Positions 53,201 through 64,000 of a DNA stretch of 64,000 nt are shown here, in pieces; within the stretch, counting starts at the first letter, position 1, and every line of letters begins with the position of its first letter. The notes beneath the pieces are model-generated. The model saw only the letters and a list, made by a program, of their open reading frames with translations. It was not told where the DNA came from and ran no database searches. The DNA is from Haplodiscus bocki (lineage: Eukaryota): assembly GCA_965655095.1 (NCBI GenBank), contig OZ296658.1, positions 88,722,001 through 88,786,000 on the forward strand. The letters run 5' to 3'. The position numbers and the translations under genes are program-made.

Positions 53201-56200
53201 CATCATTATTTAGTGTACACTTTAGGAAAGAATGAAGTTTTGGGTTTTACTTTTCATTTTAGAAGCTGTAGAACAATTCGTTTGTGTTTTGGAGTTTGTC
53301 TTTGACTAGTCCAACAGTGATGAGGAAATTGTTATGGAAGCTATAAAAGAGATTGTGCATGGCTAAAAATTAGCTTTCGATTCATTCAGAAGAGAAAAGG
53401 AGTTTGTTGAATTAGCTTTAAAATGTGGTTTTCTTCCAAAGAAAGCTGCTGAACTGGTCAAAAGTGGAATATTGTTGCTACTTATGCTTTAAGACGTAAT
53501 GATTTTTAGATCACCCTTCGCATCTCCGCTTCTGACTTATTGCACAATGTCTAGCTGTAAATTAAATTTGTCTGGCTCTAGATTTCGCTCATAGACATCC
53601 GGAGATGGTTAAGATGTTGTTTCATAGGCCATAAATATTTTTCATGGTCAAGTGTGTGCTTCTTAGATTATAGGAAATAATGAAGTTCTTGTAAAAGTTG
53701 TAAAGTCACCCGTGTTCTTTATCGTTCGCGTCAGGAAAATGCTAAAAATTGTTGAAGAGTCTGAAAAGTATGTGTTGAAGTTGGCACAAGCATCAGATAT
53801 TTTCAAACTCGGAAATGCAGTTGTTTTTAGGCAGTTAAAGAACCTAGAATTCCGTTTATCTGCATGCGAATAATTAAATATTTGGTATAGAAGCTGTTGA
53901 ATATGGTCTCCAAGTTGGATGTTTGCTAATCTAAACCGTAGCATTAAATGAATTCCATTGCTGAAATCAAAGAATTTAGTCATCGCGAATTCTTTAATGG
54001 TAATACTTTTGTTGAATCACAAGCAATAAATTTGACTCCGCTTTCTAGTTAACATTGTTGGAGAAAAGCTATTTTTAACGTGAGCAGTTCGGTAGAAAAA
54101 TGGGTACAACTTCTCTCTTAATTTTTAGGACAACCACCGGTTTGGAACAAACAGTTTTTTTCGATGAGATAGGAACCTAGCTACCAAAAAGGAACCAACA
54201 ACTCAAAAAAATTACTATCCTGAAAGCATCTTAAATCAGAGATTTGATTTTGCTGAAGTTTCTGGAGTTACTATAAATGACGAAAGGGAGTTTAGTTCAA
54301 GGAAACGAATTTATTGCGAATTGAGATCAAATCGAAAAGTTGATGTTTAAGGTTGATGCTCTGTTAAAAACAAACTTTCAAAGTGGTTTTCCTGAAGGAA
54401 ACTTAATTCGATGCTTTAATGTACAATAGACTAAAGTGCGAAACAGCATATTTGTGGAGACAAATCGTTTCGGAAATGATGTTCAAGTGCTGTAATTTTT
54501 TTCAAAATTGGATTTCTTTGCAATTGTTAGCATTACTAGACTTTTTAGCAAATTATGATCCACGAAATAACACAACAAGCAAAGTAATTTACAAGAAATA
54601 CTCCTTAAATTAGAATAGGTTAGTGTGAATTCTTATATGAAAGTTGGTCTTGTATTAACACCATCTGCCTTCAACCAACTTCTGGAACTCACTGGTTTTT
54701 TTTGTATGAGAATTACCTTTTAAATTCGTATGGTTGTGCGCAACGAAAAGTATTACTGAATCAACTGCCAAGGGTGCTTGGTGATTGTACTTACATATAA
54801 TACCGAATCGAACAACACAAGCTTACTTGCACGTTAGTGTTTGTGTATTCTGTATCTTTTTAAACTTATGATTTTCAAATGTCAAAACAAATGACCAATG
54901 TTTCAAACTTGTGGAGTTGGGTTGCTCAGCGATGCTTTTTCAAGTCTTCTATTGGACGTCTCAAAGGATAACAACCTTTTTCATGGAGTGAAATAGAAAT
55001 CAATTGAACGAAGCACTACAGTAGAACTGTAAAGATTTGCAGTTAATTCATCTTCTGTGCGAGATGTGTTGACTGCACTGCGTCAATAACTGCTGGTTGA
55101 CTGGAAGATTTTAGAGTTGTTTGCTAAAAGTAAATAGACCGATCTGAATCTACTTCAATAATGAAAGTCAGTCTCTTCGACTAAAGGTAGCTAAATCACT
55201 TCAGTCAGTAATGAAAAATACACATGAAAAACCCACGAGAGACTGGTTTTTTGAATCAATGCTTCCAAAAATTGCTTTTCGTTTGGAAATCCATTACAGC
55301 TTCGGGGAAAATGGATGGTGGGATTACGAAGTTCTCCAGTTTACAGAATAGTTTAATTGATATCACTGATAGAAACCTCACATGAAAGTTTCTTACCCAT
55401 GTTTGTTATAAACGAAAACCTTTAGATAATTGTAATTTAGAATTAATGCTGGTCGCGATTACCCCAAACAACACAACTTACATTTCAATCTAGAACCGGC
55501 TGATTCTTATGGAAGTGATGGAAGTATTGGCCTGGATTTTCATTATTTGCATGATCTTGATCATCAAAAACATAGAAAAAGCTATAATTGAGGGTTTAAA
55601 GGAAGAGATCGGTTCTCATTTTTTTGAAGGAGACCCAGATGTGTAGATCAGTATGCAATCAACAACATGGGTAAAAAGTTTATGCGCTCCTTTTGGTTCG
55701 ATCCGGTTTAAATTATCATCACTCCACCTGGTTTATGTGAAATGACTGACATCGATAAAGCAATTGGAATTGAAGTTTGATCAGATGATTTCTCAAGGAA
55801 ATGTGTTCGCACAACACATCATTATTTAGTGTACACTTTAGGAAAGAATGAAGTTTTGGGTTTTACTTTTCATTTTAGAAGCTGTAGAACAATTCGTTTG
55901 TGTTTTGGAGTTTGTCTTTGACTAGTCCAACAGTGATGAGGAAATTGTTATGGAAGCTATAAAAGAGATTGTGCATGGCTAAAAATTAGCTTTCGATTCA
56001 TTCAGAAGAGAAAAGGAGTTTGTTGAATTAGCTTTAAAATGTGGTTTTCTTCCAAAGAAAGCTGCTGAACTGGTCAAAAGTGGAATATTGTTGCTACTTA
56101 TGCTTTAAGACGTAATGATTTTTAGATCACCCTTCGCATCTCCGCTTCTGACTTATTGCACAATGTCTAGCTGTAAATTAAATTTGTCTGGCTCTAGATT

Positions 56201-59200
56201 TCGCTCATAGACATCCGGAGATGGTTAAGATGTTGTTTCATAGGCCATAAATATTTTTCATGGTCAAGTGTGTGCTTCTTAGATTATAGGAAATAATGAA
56301 GTTCTTGTAAAAGTTGTACGGTCACCCGTGTTCTTTATCGTTCGCGTCAGGAAAATGCCAAAAATTGTTGAAGAGTCTGAAAAGTATGTGTTGATGTTGG
56401 CACAAGCATCAGATATTTTCAAACTCGGAAATGCAGTTGTTTTTAGGCAGTTAAAGAACCTAGAATTCCGTTTATCTGCATGCGAATAATTAAATATTTG
56501 GTATAGAAGCTGTTGAATATGGTCTCCAAGTTGGATGTTTGCTAATCTAAACCGTAGCATTAAATGAATTCCATTGCTGAAATCAAAGAATTTAGTCATC
56601 GCGAATTCTTTAATGGTAATACTTTTGTTGAATCACAAGCAATAAATTTGACTCCGCTTTCTAGTTAACATTGTTGGAGAAAAGCTATTTTTAACGTGAG
56701 CAGTTCGGTAGAAAAATTGGTACAACTTCTCTCTTAATTTTTAGGACAACCACCGGTTTGGAACAAACAGTTTTTTTCGATGAGATAGGAACCTAGCTAC
56801 CAAAAAGGAACCAACAACTCAAAAAAATTACTATCCTGAAAGCATCTTAAATCAGAGATTTGATTTTGCTGAAGTTTCTGGAGTTACTATAAATGACGAA
56901 AGGGAGTTTAGTTCAAGGAAACGAATTTATTGCGAATTGAGATCAAATCGAAAAGTTGATGTTTAAGGTTGATGCTCTGTTAAAAACAAACTTTCAAAGT
57001 GGTTTTCCTGAAGGAAACTTAATTCGATGCTTTAATGTACAATAGACTAAAGTGCGAAACAGCATATTTGTGGAGACAAATCGTTTCGGAAATGATGTTC
57101 AAGTGCTGTAATTTTTTTCAAAATTGGATTTCTTTGCAATTGTTAGCATTACTAGACTTTTTAGCAAATTATGATCCACGAAATAACACAACAAGCAAAG
57201 TAATTTACAAGAAATACTCCTTAAATTAGAATAGGTTAGTGTGAATTCTTATATGAAAGTTGGTCTTGTATTAACACCATCTGCCTTCAACCAACTTCTG
57301 GAACTCACTGGTTTTTTTTGTATGAGAATTACCTTTTAAATTCGTATGGTTGTGCGCAACGAAAAGTATTACTGAATCAACTGCCAAGGGTGCTTGGTGA
57401 TTGTATTTACATATAATACGGAATCGAACAACACAAGCTTACTTGCACGTTAGTGTTTGTGTATTCTGTATCTTTTTAAACTTATGATTTTCAAATGTCA
57501 AAACAAATGACCAATGTTTCAAACTTGTGGAGTTGGGTTGCTCAGCGATGCTTTTTCAAGTCTTCTATTGGACGTCTCAAAGGATAACAACCTTTTTCAT
57601 GGAGTGAAATAGAAATCAATTGAACGAAGCACTACAGTAGAACTGTAAAGATTTGCAGTTAATTCATCTTCTGTGCGAGATGTGTTGACTGCACTGCGTC
57701 AATAACTGCTGGTTGACTGGAAGATTTTAGAGTTGTTTGCTAAAAGTAAATAGACCGATCTGAATCTGCTTCAATAATGAAAGTCAGTCTCTTCGACTAA
57801 AGGTAGCACATCACTTCAGTCAGTAATGAAAAATACACATGAAAAACCCACGAGAGACTGGTTTTTTAAATCAATGCTTCCAAAAATTGCTTTTCGTTTG
57901 GAAATCCATTACAGCTTCGGGGAAAATGGATGGTGGGATTACGAAGTTCTCCAGTTTACAGAATAGTTTAATTGATATCACTGATAGAAACCTCACATGA
58001 AAGTTTCTTACCCATGTTTGTTATAAACGAAAACCTTTAGATAATTGTAATTTAGAATTAATGCTGGTCGCGATTACCCCAAACAACACAACTTACATTT
58101 CAATCTAGAACCGGCTGATTCTTATGGAAGTTATGGAAGTATTGGCGAGGATTTTCATTATTTGCATGATCTTGATCATCAAAAACATAGAAAAAGCTAG
58201 AATTGAGAGTTTAAAGGAAGAGATCGGTTCTCATTTTTTTGAAGGAGACCCAGATGTGTAGATCAGTATGCAATCAACAACATGGGTAAAAAGTTTATGC
58301 GCTCCGTTTGGTTTCATCCGGTTTAAATTATCATCACTCCACCTGGTTTATGTGAAATGACTGACATCGATAAAGCAATTGGAATTGAAGTTTGATCAGA
58401 TGATTTCTCAAGGAAATGTGTTCGCACAACACATCATTATTTAGTGTACACTTTAGGAAAGAATGAAGTTTTGGGTTTTACTTTTCATTTTAGAAGCTGT
58501 AGAACAATTCGTTTGTGTTTTGGAGTTTGTCTTTGACTAGTCCAACAGTGATGAGGAAATTGTTATGGAAGCTATAAAAGAGATTGTGCATGGCTAAAAA
58601 TTAGCTTTCGATTCATTCAGAAGAGAAAAGGAGTTTGTTGAATTAGCTTTAAAATGTGGTTTTCTTCCAAAGAAAGCTGCTGAACTGGTCAAAAGTGGAA
58701 TATTGTTGCTACTTATGCTTTAAGACGTAATGATTTTTAGATCACCCTTCGCATCTCCGCTTCTGACTTATTGCACAATGTCTAGCTGTAAATTAAATTT
58801 GTCTGGCTCTAGATTTCGCTCATAGACATCCGGAGATGGTTAAGATGTTGTTTCATAGGCCATAAATATTTTTCATGGTCAAGTGTGTGCTTCTTAGATT
58901 ATAGGAAATAATGAAGTTCTTGTAAAAGTTGTAAAGTCACCCGTGTTCTTTATCGTTCGCGTCAGGAAAATGCTAAAAATTGTTGAAGAGTCTGAAAAGT
59001 ATGTGTTGAAGTTGGCACAAGCATCAGATATTTTCAAACTCGGAAATGCAGTTGTTTTTAGGCAGTTAAAGAACCTAGAATTCCATTTATCTGCATGCGA
59101 ATAATTAAATATTTGGTATAGAAGCTGTTGAATATGGTCTCCAAGTTGGATGTTTGCTAATCTAAACCGTAGCATTAAATGAATTCCATTGCTGAAATCA

Positions 59201-59908
59201 AAGAATTTAGTCATCGCGAATTCTTTAATGGTAATACTTTTGAATCACAAGCAATAAATTTGACTCCGCTTTCCAGTTTACAAAGTTAGAGAAAAGTTTT
59301 TTTTATAACGTGAGCAGTTCGGTAGACAAATAGGTACAACTTCTCTCCTAATATTTAGGACAATCACTGGTTTGGAACAAACCGTTTCTCGATGAGATAG
59401 AAACCTAGCTACCAAAAAGAAACCAACGACTCAGAAAAAATTACTTTTCTGAAAGGAACTGAAATCAGAAATTTGATTTTGCTGAATTTTCTGGAGTTAC
59501 TGCCAATGACGAAAGGGAGTTTAGTTCAAGGAATCGAATTTATTGCGATTTGAGATCAAATCGAAAAAGTGATGTTTAAGGTTGATGCTCTGTTGAGAAC
59601 AATCTTTCGAAGTGGTTTTCCCGAAGGAAACGCAATTCGATGCTTTAATGTACAATAAAGTGCGAAACAGCATTTTTGTGGAGACAAATTGTTTCAAAAA
59701 TGATGTTCAATTGTTGTAAATGTTTTTCAAAATTGGGTTTCTTTGCAATTGTTAGCATTAGTAGAATTTTTAGCGAACTATGATCCAAAAAATAGCACAA
59801 CCAGCAATTTACAAGAGATAGTCACTGAATTAGCATTGTTAGTGTGAGTACTTATATGAAAGTTGGTCTTGTGTTAACAGAATATGCCTTCAACCAACTT
59901 CTGGTAAT

Positions 59909-60216
59909 CATGTTTGTTATAAACGAAAACCTTTAGATAATAGTAATTTAGAATTAATGCTGGTCGCGAATACCCCAAACAACGTAACTTACAATTCAAT
60001 CTAGAACCGGCTGATTCTTATGGAAGTTATGGAAGTATTGGCGAGGATTTTCATTATTTGCATGATCTTGATCATCAAAAACATAGAAAAAGCTAGAATT
60101 GAGAGTTTAAAGGATGAGATCGGATCTCATTTTTTGAAGGAGGCCCAGATGTGTAGATTAGTATGCAATCAACAACATGGGTAAAAAGTTTATGCGCTCC
60201 GTTTGGTTTGATCCGG
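59909..60216 (+). repeat. Terminal fragment of the repeat unit after a ~710-bp deletion
   Basis: Junction ...CAACTTCTGG|TAAT|CATGTTTGTTAT at 59904-59909 skips the sequence equivalent to 57302-58012. Confidence 0.9.
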
Positions 60217-60330
60217 ACGATGTTCAAGCAGCTTTGTGTCTGCATCAGCATGTGCTGTAACTCTTCGATCCGACTCCTCGTGAGTACTTCATGAGTCTGT
60301 TAGAGCAAACTGACGCAGGTGTATGAAGTG
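60217..60330 (-). mobile_element. Possible relic of an XPG/PIN-like nuclease of the type carried by Academ DNA transposons
   Basis: The minus strand at 60288-60247 reads STHEESDRRVTAHA, resembling the SxHEEADTRxxxHA motif. It is a single motif with a stop just upstream, and no TIRs were seen. Confidence 0.3.
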
Positions 60331-61555
60331 TACTGTATGAGTTCATGCTAGCTCGTGTTCTTGCATCTCAGCAAATTTCACTGGAAGCCCGCACGGTGTT
60401 GAAAACTTACAGAACTTGATAAAAATGCGTGAACATCTAACATGGAGTGGCTTCAGTTCGAATAAACAAAACTTGTGACTATTCAATGACTTTTCTGTCC
60501 TCTTGTTTTTGCCCGTACGATTAAGGCCAGGTGGGCTCCTTTCGTTGATTTGCTACTTCTTCATCATGTGGGAAGACTCAAAGGTTCAAACGCGATGAGT
60601 TGTTTTGCGGTCACTTGTGTCATGCTGCTGAGTGATCAATGAGAAAATTCGCACTTCGGCCTTTCTTTAAGATTTCACACGGCCGTCTATTTTCAATTAA
60701 GTGGCGCTTTACGATTAGGAAGATTAAAACCCCAATTGGTCCATCGCTGCTGTATTACAGCCGACCAGTTTTTAAACTTCCGAATCAGTTTTATTCAAAC
60801 CCATATCGGTTAGCTCGTGATATTTTCCACATTGTGTTGTTATTTTGACCCACTCAAACAGAAATAGGTTTCAAATCGGCACTTTTATGTCTGCCTTGAA
60901 AAAAGCCGGTTTTTTGTGAAAACATTGTCATTTTGTGAAAATGCGCACTATGCCAAAATTAGTTTTCTTCAAAACTGCTCGCCCTGTATGAGACGACGGA
61001 AAAGCGGCTGGAATTTTGGAAGAAGGGGACGTACGGCGACATGGCGTTACCAGACAATAATGGAAACCCACTAAGAGACATTTCAAGTGCGCCATATTTT
61101 TCCGAGAAATGCCTTGCTATGGAGATGTTCAATTTTGAAAATATTTTTTTCCGGTTTCGGAAAATTGTCCAGGTTAAATGTGGTTAAGCTTTCCAGGCTA
61201 CCGTCTAAATTGTTAGTTGACTCCGGTTGCTTTGCAATTTGCGCAATTTTGGTTCTAATTTCTTTCATGCTCTAAGCCTGGAAAATTAATGGCATGTTCT
61301 GACGTATTGTCAATTTCCTACCGGAGTTGAGATTGCTTCCTCTTCTTAGGTGGTAAATATATAGTGGGAAGTATATTGTGTTTTGCTTTAATTTAGCATC
61401 TATAAATTTAAATCAGCAAACCTGAAAGTATTGAATTGAAACTATTCCTCAACAACTATTTCTCTGTAGCAGAATCGACCCTTCTAATGAGATCGTGAAA
61501 ATCGGGAGAACTGAGGTGTTGAAACTTATGAGACCCATCATGCGAGATTAAAACA

Positions 61556-61572
61556 TGGTATTATGACAGGAA
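61556..61572 (+). other. Putative decayed primer-binding site directly after an LTR-like ...AAACA end
   Basis: AAACA|TGGTATTATGACAGGAA lies ~410 bp upstream of the gag ATG. It resembles a CpG-decayed TGGCGTCACGAACAGGAT (complement of a tRNA-Ser 3' end, from memory). Confidence 0.3.
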
Positions 61573-61966
61573 TCACTTTTTCTTCTAACACTCCAGCAAT
61601 TCGCGCTGATGGTGAAATAGTTGTCTTTGTGAATTTCTACTGTTGCTTTCCGGAATCGAAACTGTCTTCAGTATATGACAATTTCAATGAAAATTTGCCT
61701 GTCGTAATTGCTGCTTCGCTTGTCATCTAATGAAGTGGACACATACTCATTCTACCCCTGCACCTACTTACACATTCCCCTACTTCGCAAAGTGTACCTA
61801 CTCTCATCATACCATTAGCCTCCATGAAGCTTATGATTTTGCAGAGGTGCTGTCCTTGATGGATCTGTAGCTCTTCGACCAAGAATCGAATTAAATTACA
61901 GAGCATTGCAACACCCTCCAGGAGATTTGACTTTAGAAAGGGCTAATCTTGTAGATTTTAATAAGC

Positions 61967-62667
61967 ATGGGAGCCATACATCTTGTCAATTTACACCCAT
62001 TGAAAGGTTTAGAAAACGATAACTTTGAAGAATTGGAGCAACTGACGAGTTGTATTTGTGCCGCAGTCAAAGCAGATGGTTACGGCTTGCCACTTTCAAT
62101 TACACTTAAATGGTGCTGCTCATGCATTTTGTGACAGCCTCCCTGAAGCCACGTGATCTGAGAGTCGCCGCGACCACGCCAGACTTTTGGCTCAATCAAC
62201 TGAGCTACCAACCTCGTTGTAAAAAAAACTGAAAAAAGCATGTAACTTTCAACTAAGTCTCAGTCTTTTTTTGTGTACCTTTATCCCTAACTATATTCCA
62301 TATTACGGCCTGAGGACGTGCCGGCGTCTTTTCGTTGGTCTTAACACCCGAAGTTGTAACAGACTTCATTTATGGTCAACTAATTCCGTTTTCCGTTATA
62401 CTGACTCCTGGATTTGTCAAGGTCTCCTTAGTTCATACATTTGTGAGTAGTACATTTATTTTTTAAACTATGAGGCCAACCATTCACCGAAAAATTTAAA
62501 GTCCTCAAGAAAACGAACCGTCCAATATTAGCTAACCTTATTCTCAAAGATAACATTTCCTTAAATCCGAAGCCCCGAGCATCAGCACTGCACGATTTAC
62601 GCTTCAGCTAAACGAACTGTTATCGCCTTCGGGCTTACTTCAATACACTTGCGCTCGCAACTGTTAT
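61967..62667 (+). pseudogene. gag: Retrotransposon gag remnant
   Basis: MGAIHLVNLHPLKGLENDNFEELEQLTSCI..., then a +1 frameshift to HFQLHLNGAAHAFCDSLPEAT* (capsid LxLxLxGxAxx[FW]xxxLP motif). Frameshifted CYRxG...H..ARNCY zinc knuckle at 62618-62667. Confidence 0.6.
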
Positions 62668-62949
62668 ATCACAGACTGCCTGCTCGCTTTTCCGATCCGT
62701 TCACTACTCGAGTTGGGGTCTGTCTGCACGCTTATTTTAATGAACTATAAGGCGAAATAACTGCTTGAGTTGTTGTCTTGTTACACCTGTATATGAGTTG
62801 TTTCTGAAAATTAACTGAATGTAATTTCTGTTTAATTCTTCAATCAGTAGTTTTTGTAGTATTGTGAGCTCTTTAAACATCAGTCATCTTTTTTCAATTT
62901 GTTCATCAGTGTTCCGTTGGCGCAAGTATTGCCAACCACTGCTTGGCTT

Positions 62950-64000
62950 CTGCGCACGGCCTTTCCTAAAACAATACTTCCTCAAGACCGCAGTAGTTGG
63001 CAGTGAGGCCAATTTTTCGAAGTTTTTCAAAAAATCCAAAATTTGCCGAGTGGCGTGCGCGCCATTGTAGGACCATTGGTTCAGTGCTGCAAAAACCATT
63101 TGTGTCTGAAGCGTTATCGCCTCATATGACGATAAATAACGAGATCAGTTGCTTTTTTGAAAGTGACGTCAATCACAGAGATCGCAGGACACCGTCACTG
63201 TCTTAATTAAAATTTTGTAACCTAAACAAGCGAACCAATTGGCAACCGATCCACCCTGAATTATATACGACCATTCCGTCCAAATACTCAATGATTTTGT
63301 TCTCAATGCTTCATTACTTGACATTTCTATGCCAAAAACGGCGAATTCTGCTTCCCTGCTCCGGAAACATGCAAACTACTATAGAAACTCAATGGACTCC
63401 AAATATTTCGATTAAATACGAATCTTGACCTGCTTGTTGGTACTAACTCAATTTAGCAGTTCTTGCATCACTTCACCCGATATCTTTTTCAAACAAAACA
63501 GGAAAAGGAACAAAACAGCTAATAGAAAACTTTTTAATTGGATATCATGATACTTTCGCAAGACATATAATTCAAAGTGAGGTAATGATGAGTTCAAAAT
63601 AATACAGTCCAAGGATGATGAATTATAATTTTCATCTAAGCACCTTAGCTGATGCTAATGCTCATTTAGCGGGTAAAAGAACTTTGCAGAGCTTGTCAAA
63701 ATATGAAATTGGTTGATCCAGTATGAGTTCAGCTTTTGGGCTTTAACTTGGTTTCACGAACTTTTGCATACCTTTGTTGAGCACAAGGGCGGAGCTGATC
63801 TAGGAGCGCTTGAAGCTCGCTCATGGGGATTTACTTAGACACTTGCATAGCTGCTAACAAATCTTGTCATTACCTAGGCGATGTCGGACTGCCGGTAATA
63901 GCGTTGAATAACTTTGACACTTGGTAAACCCATCTTCGCATTTTTCAGAAAATCACGGTTAAAGATCGCTGTCTAAATGTGTAATTGGTCTCTTCGAAGT
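62950..64000 (+). pseudogene. pol: Retrotransposon pol remnant (aspartyl protease + reverse transcriptase)
   Basis: AVVGSEA (62990-63010) resembles ALVDSGA. RT reads NFHLSTLADANAHLAGKR (63627-63680), then VQLLGFNLVSRTFAYLC*AQGRS*SRSA*SSLMGIYLD (from 63727), YLGD (63871-63882, decayed YxDD) and RKSRLK..SKC. Multiple stops, frameshifts and deletions. Confidence 0.8.

Larger units (their letters stand above)
1..60216 (+). repeat. Tandem macrosatellite array, ~2.6/2.9-kb unit, 21 complete copies + truncated copy + terminal fragment (open at window 5' end)
   Basis: The anchor TACTAGAGGTAAC/GACTAAAGGTAGC recurs at 1, 2945, 5846, 8767, 11674, 14270, 17184, 20105, 23029, 25618, 28217, 31136, 34061, 36972, 39555, 42151, 44743, 47361, 49957, 52563, 55179 and 57795. 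Unit lengths are 2944, 2901, 2921, 2907, 2596, 2914, 2921, 2924, 2589, 2599, 2919, 2925, 2911, 2583, 2596, 2592, 2618, 2596, 2606, 2616, 2616. All are in the same orientation. Similarity ends at ...TTTGATCCGG (60216). Confidence 0.98.
61556..64000 (+). mobile_element. Highly decayed Ty3/Gypsy-type LTR retrotransposon (runs off window 3' end)
   Basis: Colinear + strand remnants: PBS-like site (61556), gag capsid (61967-62156), CCHC knuckle (62618-62667), protease (62990-63010), pre-RT FCFPAPETC (63346-63372) and IENFLIGYHDTFARH (63522-63566), RT (63627-64000). The PR-then-RT order fits Ty3/Gypsy, not Copia. Confidence 0.8.

Noticed and set aside
6933-59214. Recurrent minus-strand 106-107-aa ORF (MTKFLDFSNG...) and other repeated minus-strand ORFs (MSSRSWLK..., MRRHSLEE..., MLCEDISL..., MLVVLFHG...) as a real multigene family
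   Set aside because: They have no recognisable domain, often use non-ATG starts, are broken in many units and lie antisense to the NLR-like motifs. Their recurrence simply reflects the DNA repeat.
1-60216. rDNA, histone, snRNA/SL-RNA or tRNA tandem cluster
   Set aside because: No rRNA, tRNA, snRNA or histone signature was recognised; the unit is AT-rich with no intact ORF. A covariance-model scan was not run.
1-60216. CRISPR array or prokaryotic repeat system
   Set aside because: Units are kilobase-sized with no short repeat-spacer structure, no cas genes and no prokaryotic gene density.
1-60216. Tandem transposon (Penelope, LTR, Helitron) as the repeat unit
   Set aside because: No RT, GIY-YIG, transposase or Rep/helicase motifs, terminal inverted repeats or target-site duplications were seen in the unit.
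1-60216. Intact gene read with an alternative genetic code
   Set aside because: The disruptions include frameshifts and missing segments and use all three stop codons; recoding would not restore a frame.
1-60216. Whole array as an assembly artefact
   Set aside because: Units carry structured subfamily differences and private indels. Only the near-identical pairs (5/6, 20/21) could plausibly be artefactual.
62930-63002. 13-bp imperfect inverted repeat (TGCCAACCACTGC / GCAGTAGTTGGCA) as MITE ends or a hairpin
   Set aside because: It is short, has no target-site duplication, and the right arm is better explained as the decayed protease active-site codons.
60639-63206. Short flank ORFs (60639-60848, 61087-61275, 62864-63070, 62884-63099, 62997-63206) as genes
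   Set aside because: All are 62-71 aa with no independent domain. The + strand ORFs at 62864-63206 partly overlap the Gypsy protease remnant; the rest look like chance ORFs.

Overview
AT-rich, apparently eukaryotic (animal-like) genomic DNA with no intact protein-coding gene. Positions 1-60216 are a head-to-tail macrosatellite that continues off the 5' end of the window. It holds 21 complete units of about 2.6 or 2.9 kb, a truncated 22nd unit and a short terminal fragment. Read on the + strand, each unit looks like a heavily decayed, deletion-riddled, intron-containing NLR-type (NACHT-associated helical/winged-helix + RI-like LRR) gene fragment; this is recognised from motifs by eye and needs an HMM check. 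The array has three sequence subfamilies, mosaic units, a 4-unit (~11.0-11.7 kb) and a 3-unit (7,806 bp) higher-order period, and a ~320-bp internal module present in one or two copies. The unique flank (60217-64000) holds a possible Academ-like nuclease relic at the array edge and a decayed Ty3/Gypsy LTR retrotransposon (PBS-like site, gag, zinc knuckle, protease, RT) running off the 3' end. The minus-strand ORFs listed within the array are most likely antisense artefacts. The species cannot be determined from the sequence alone.
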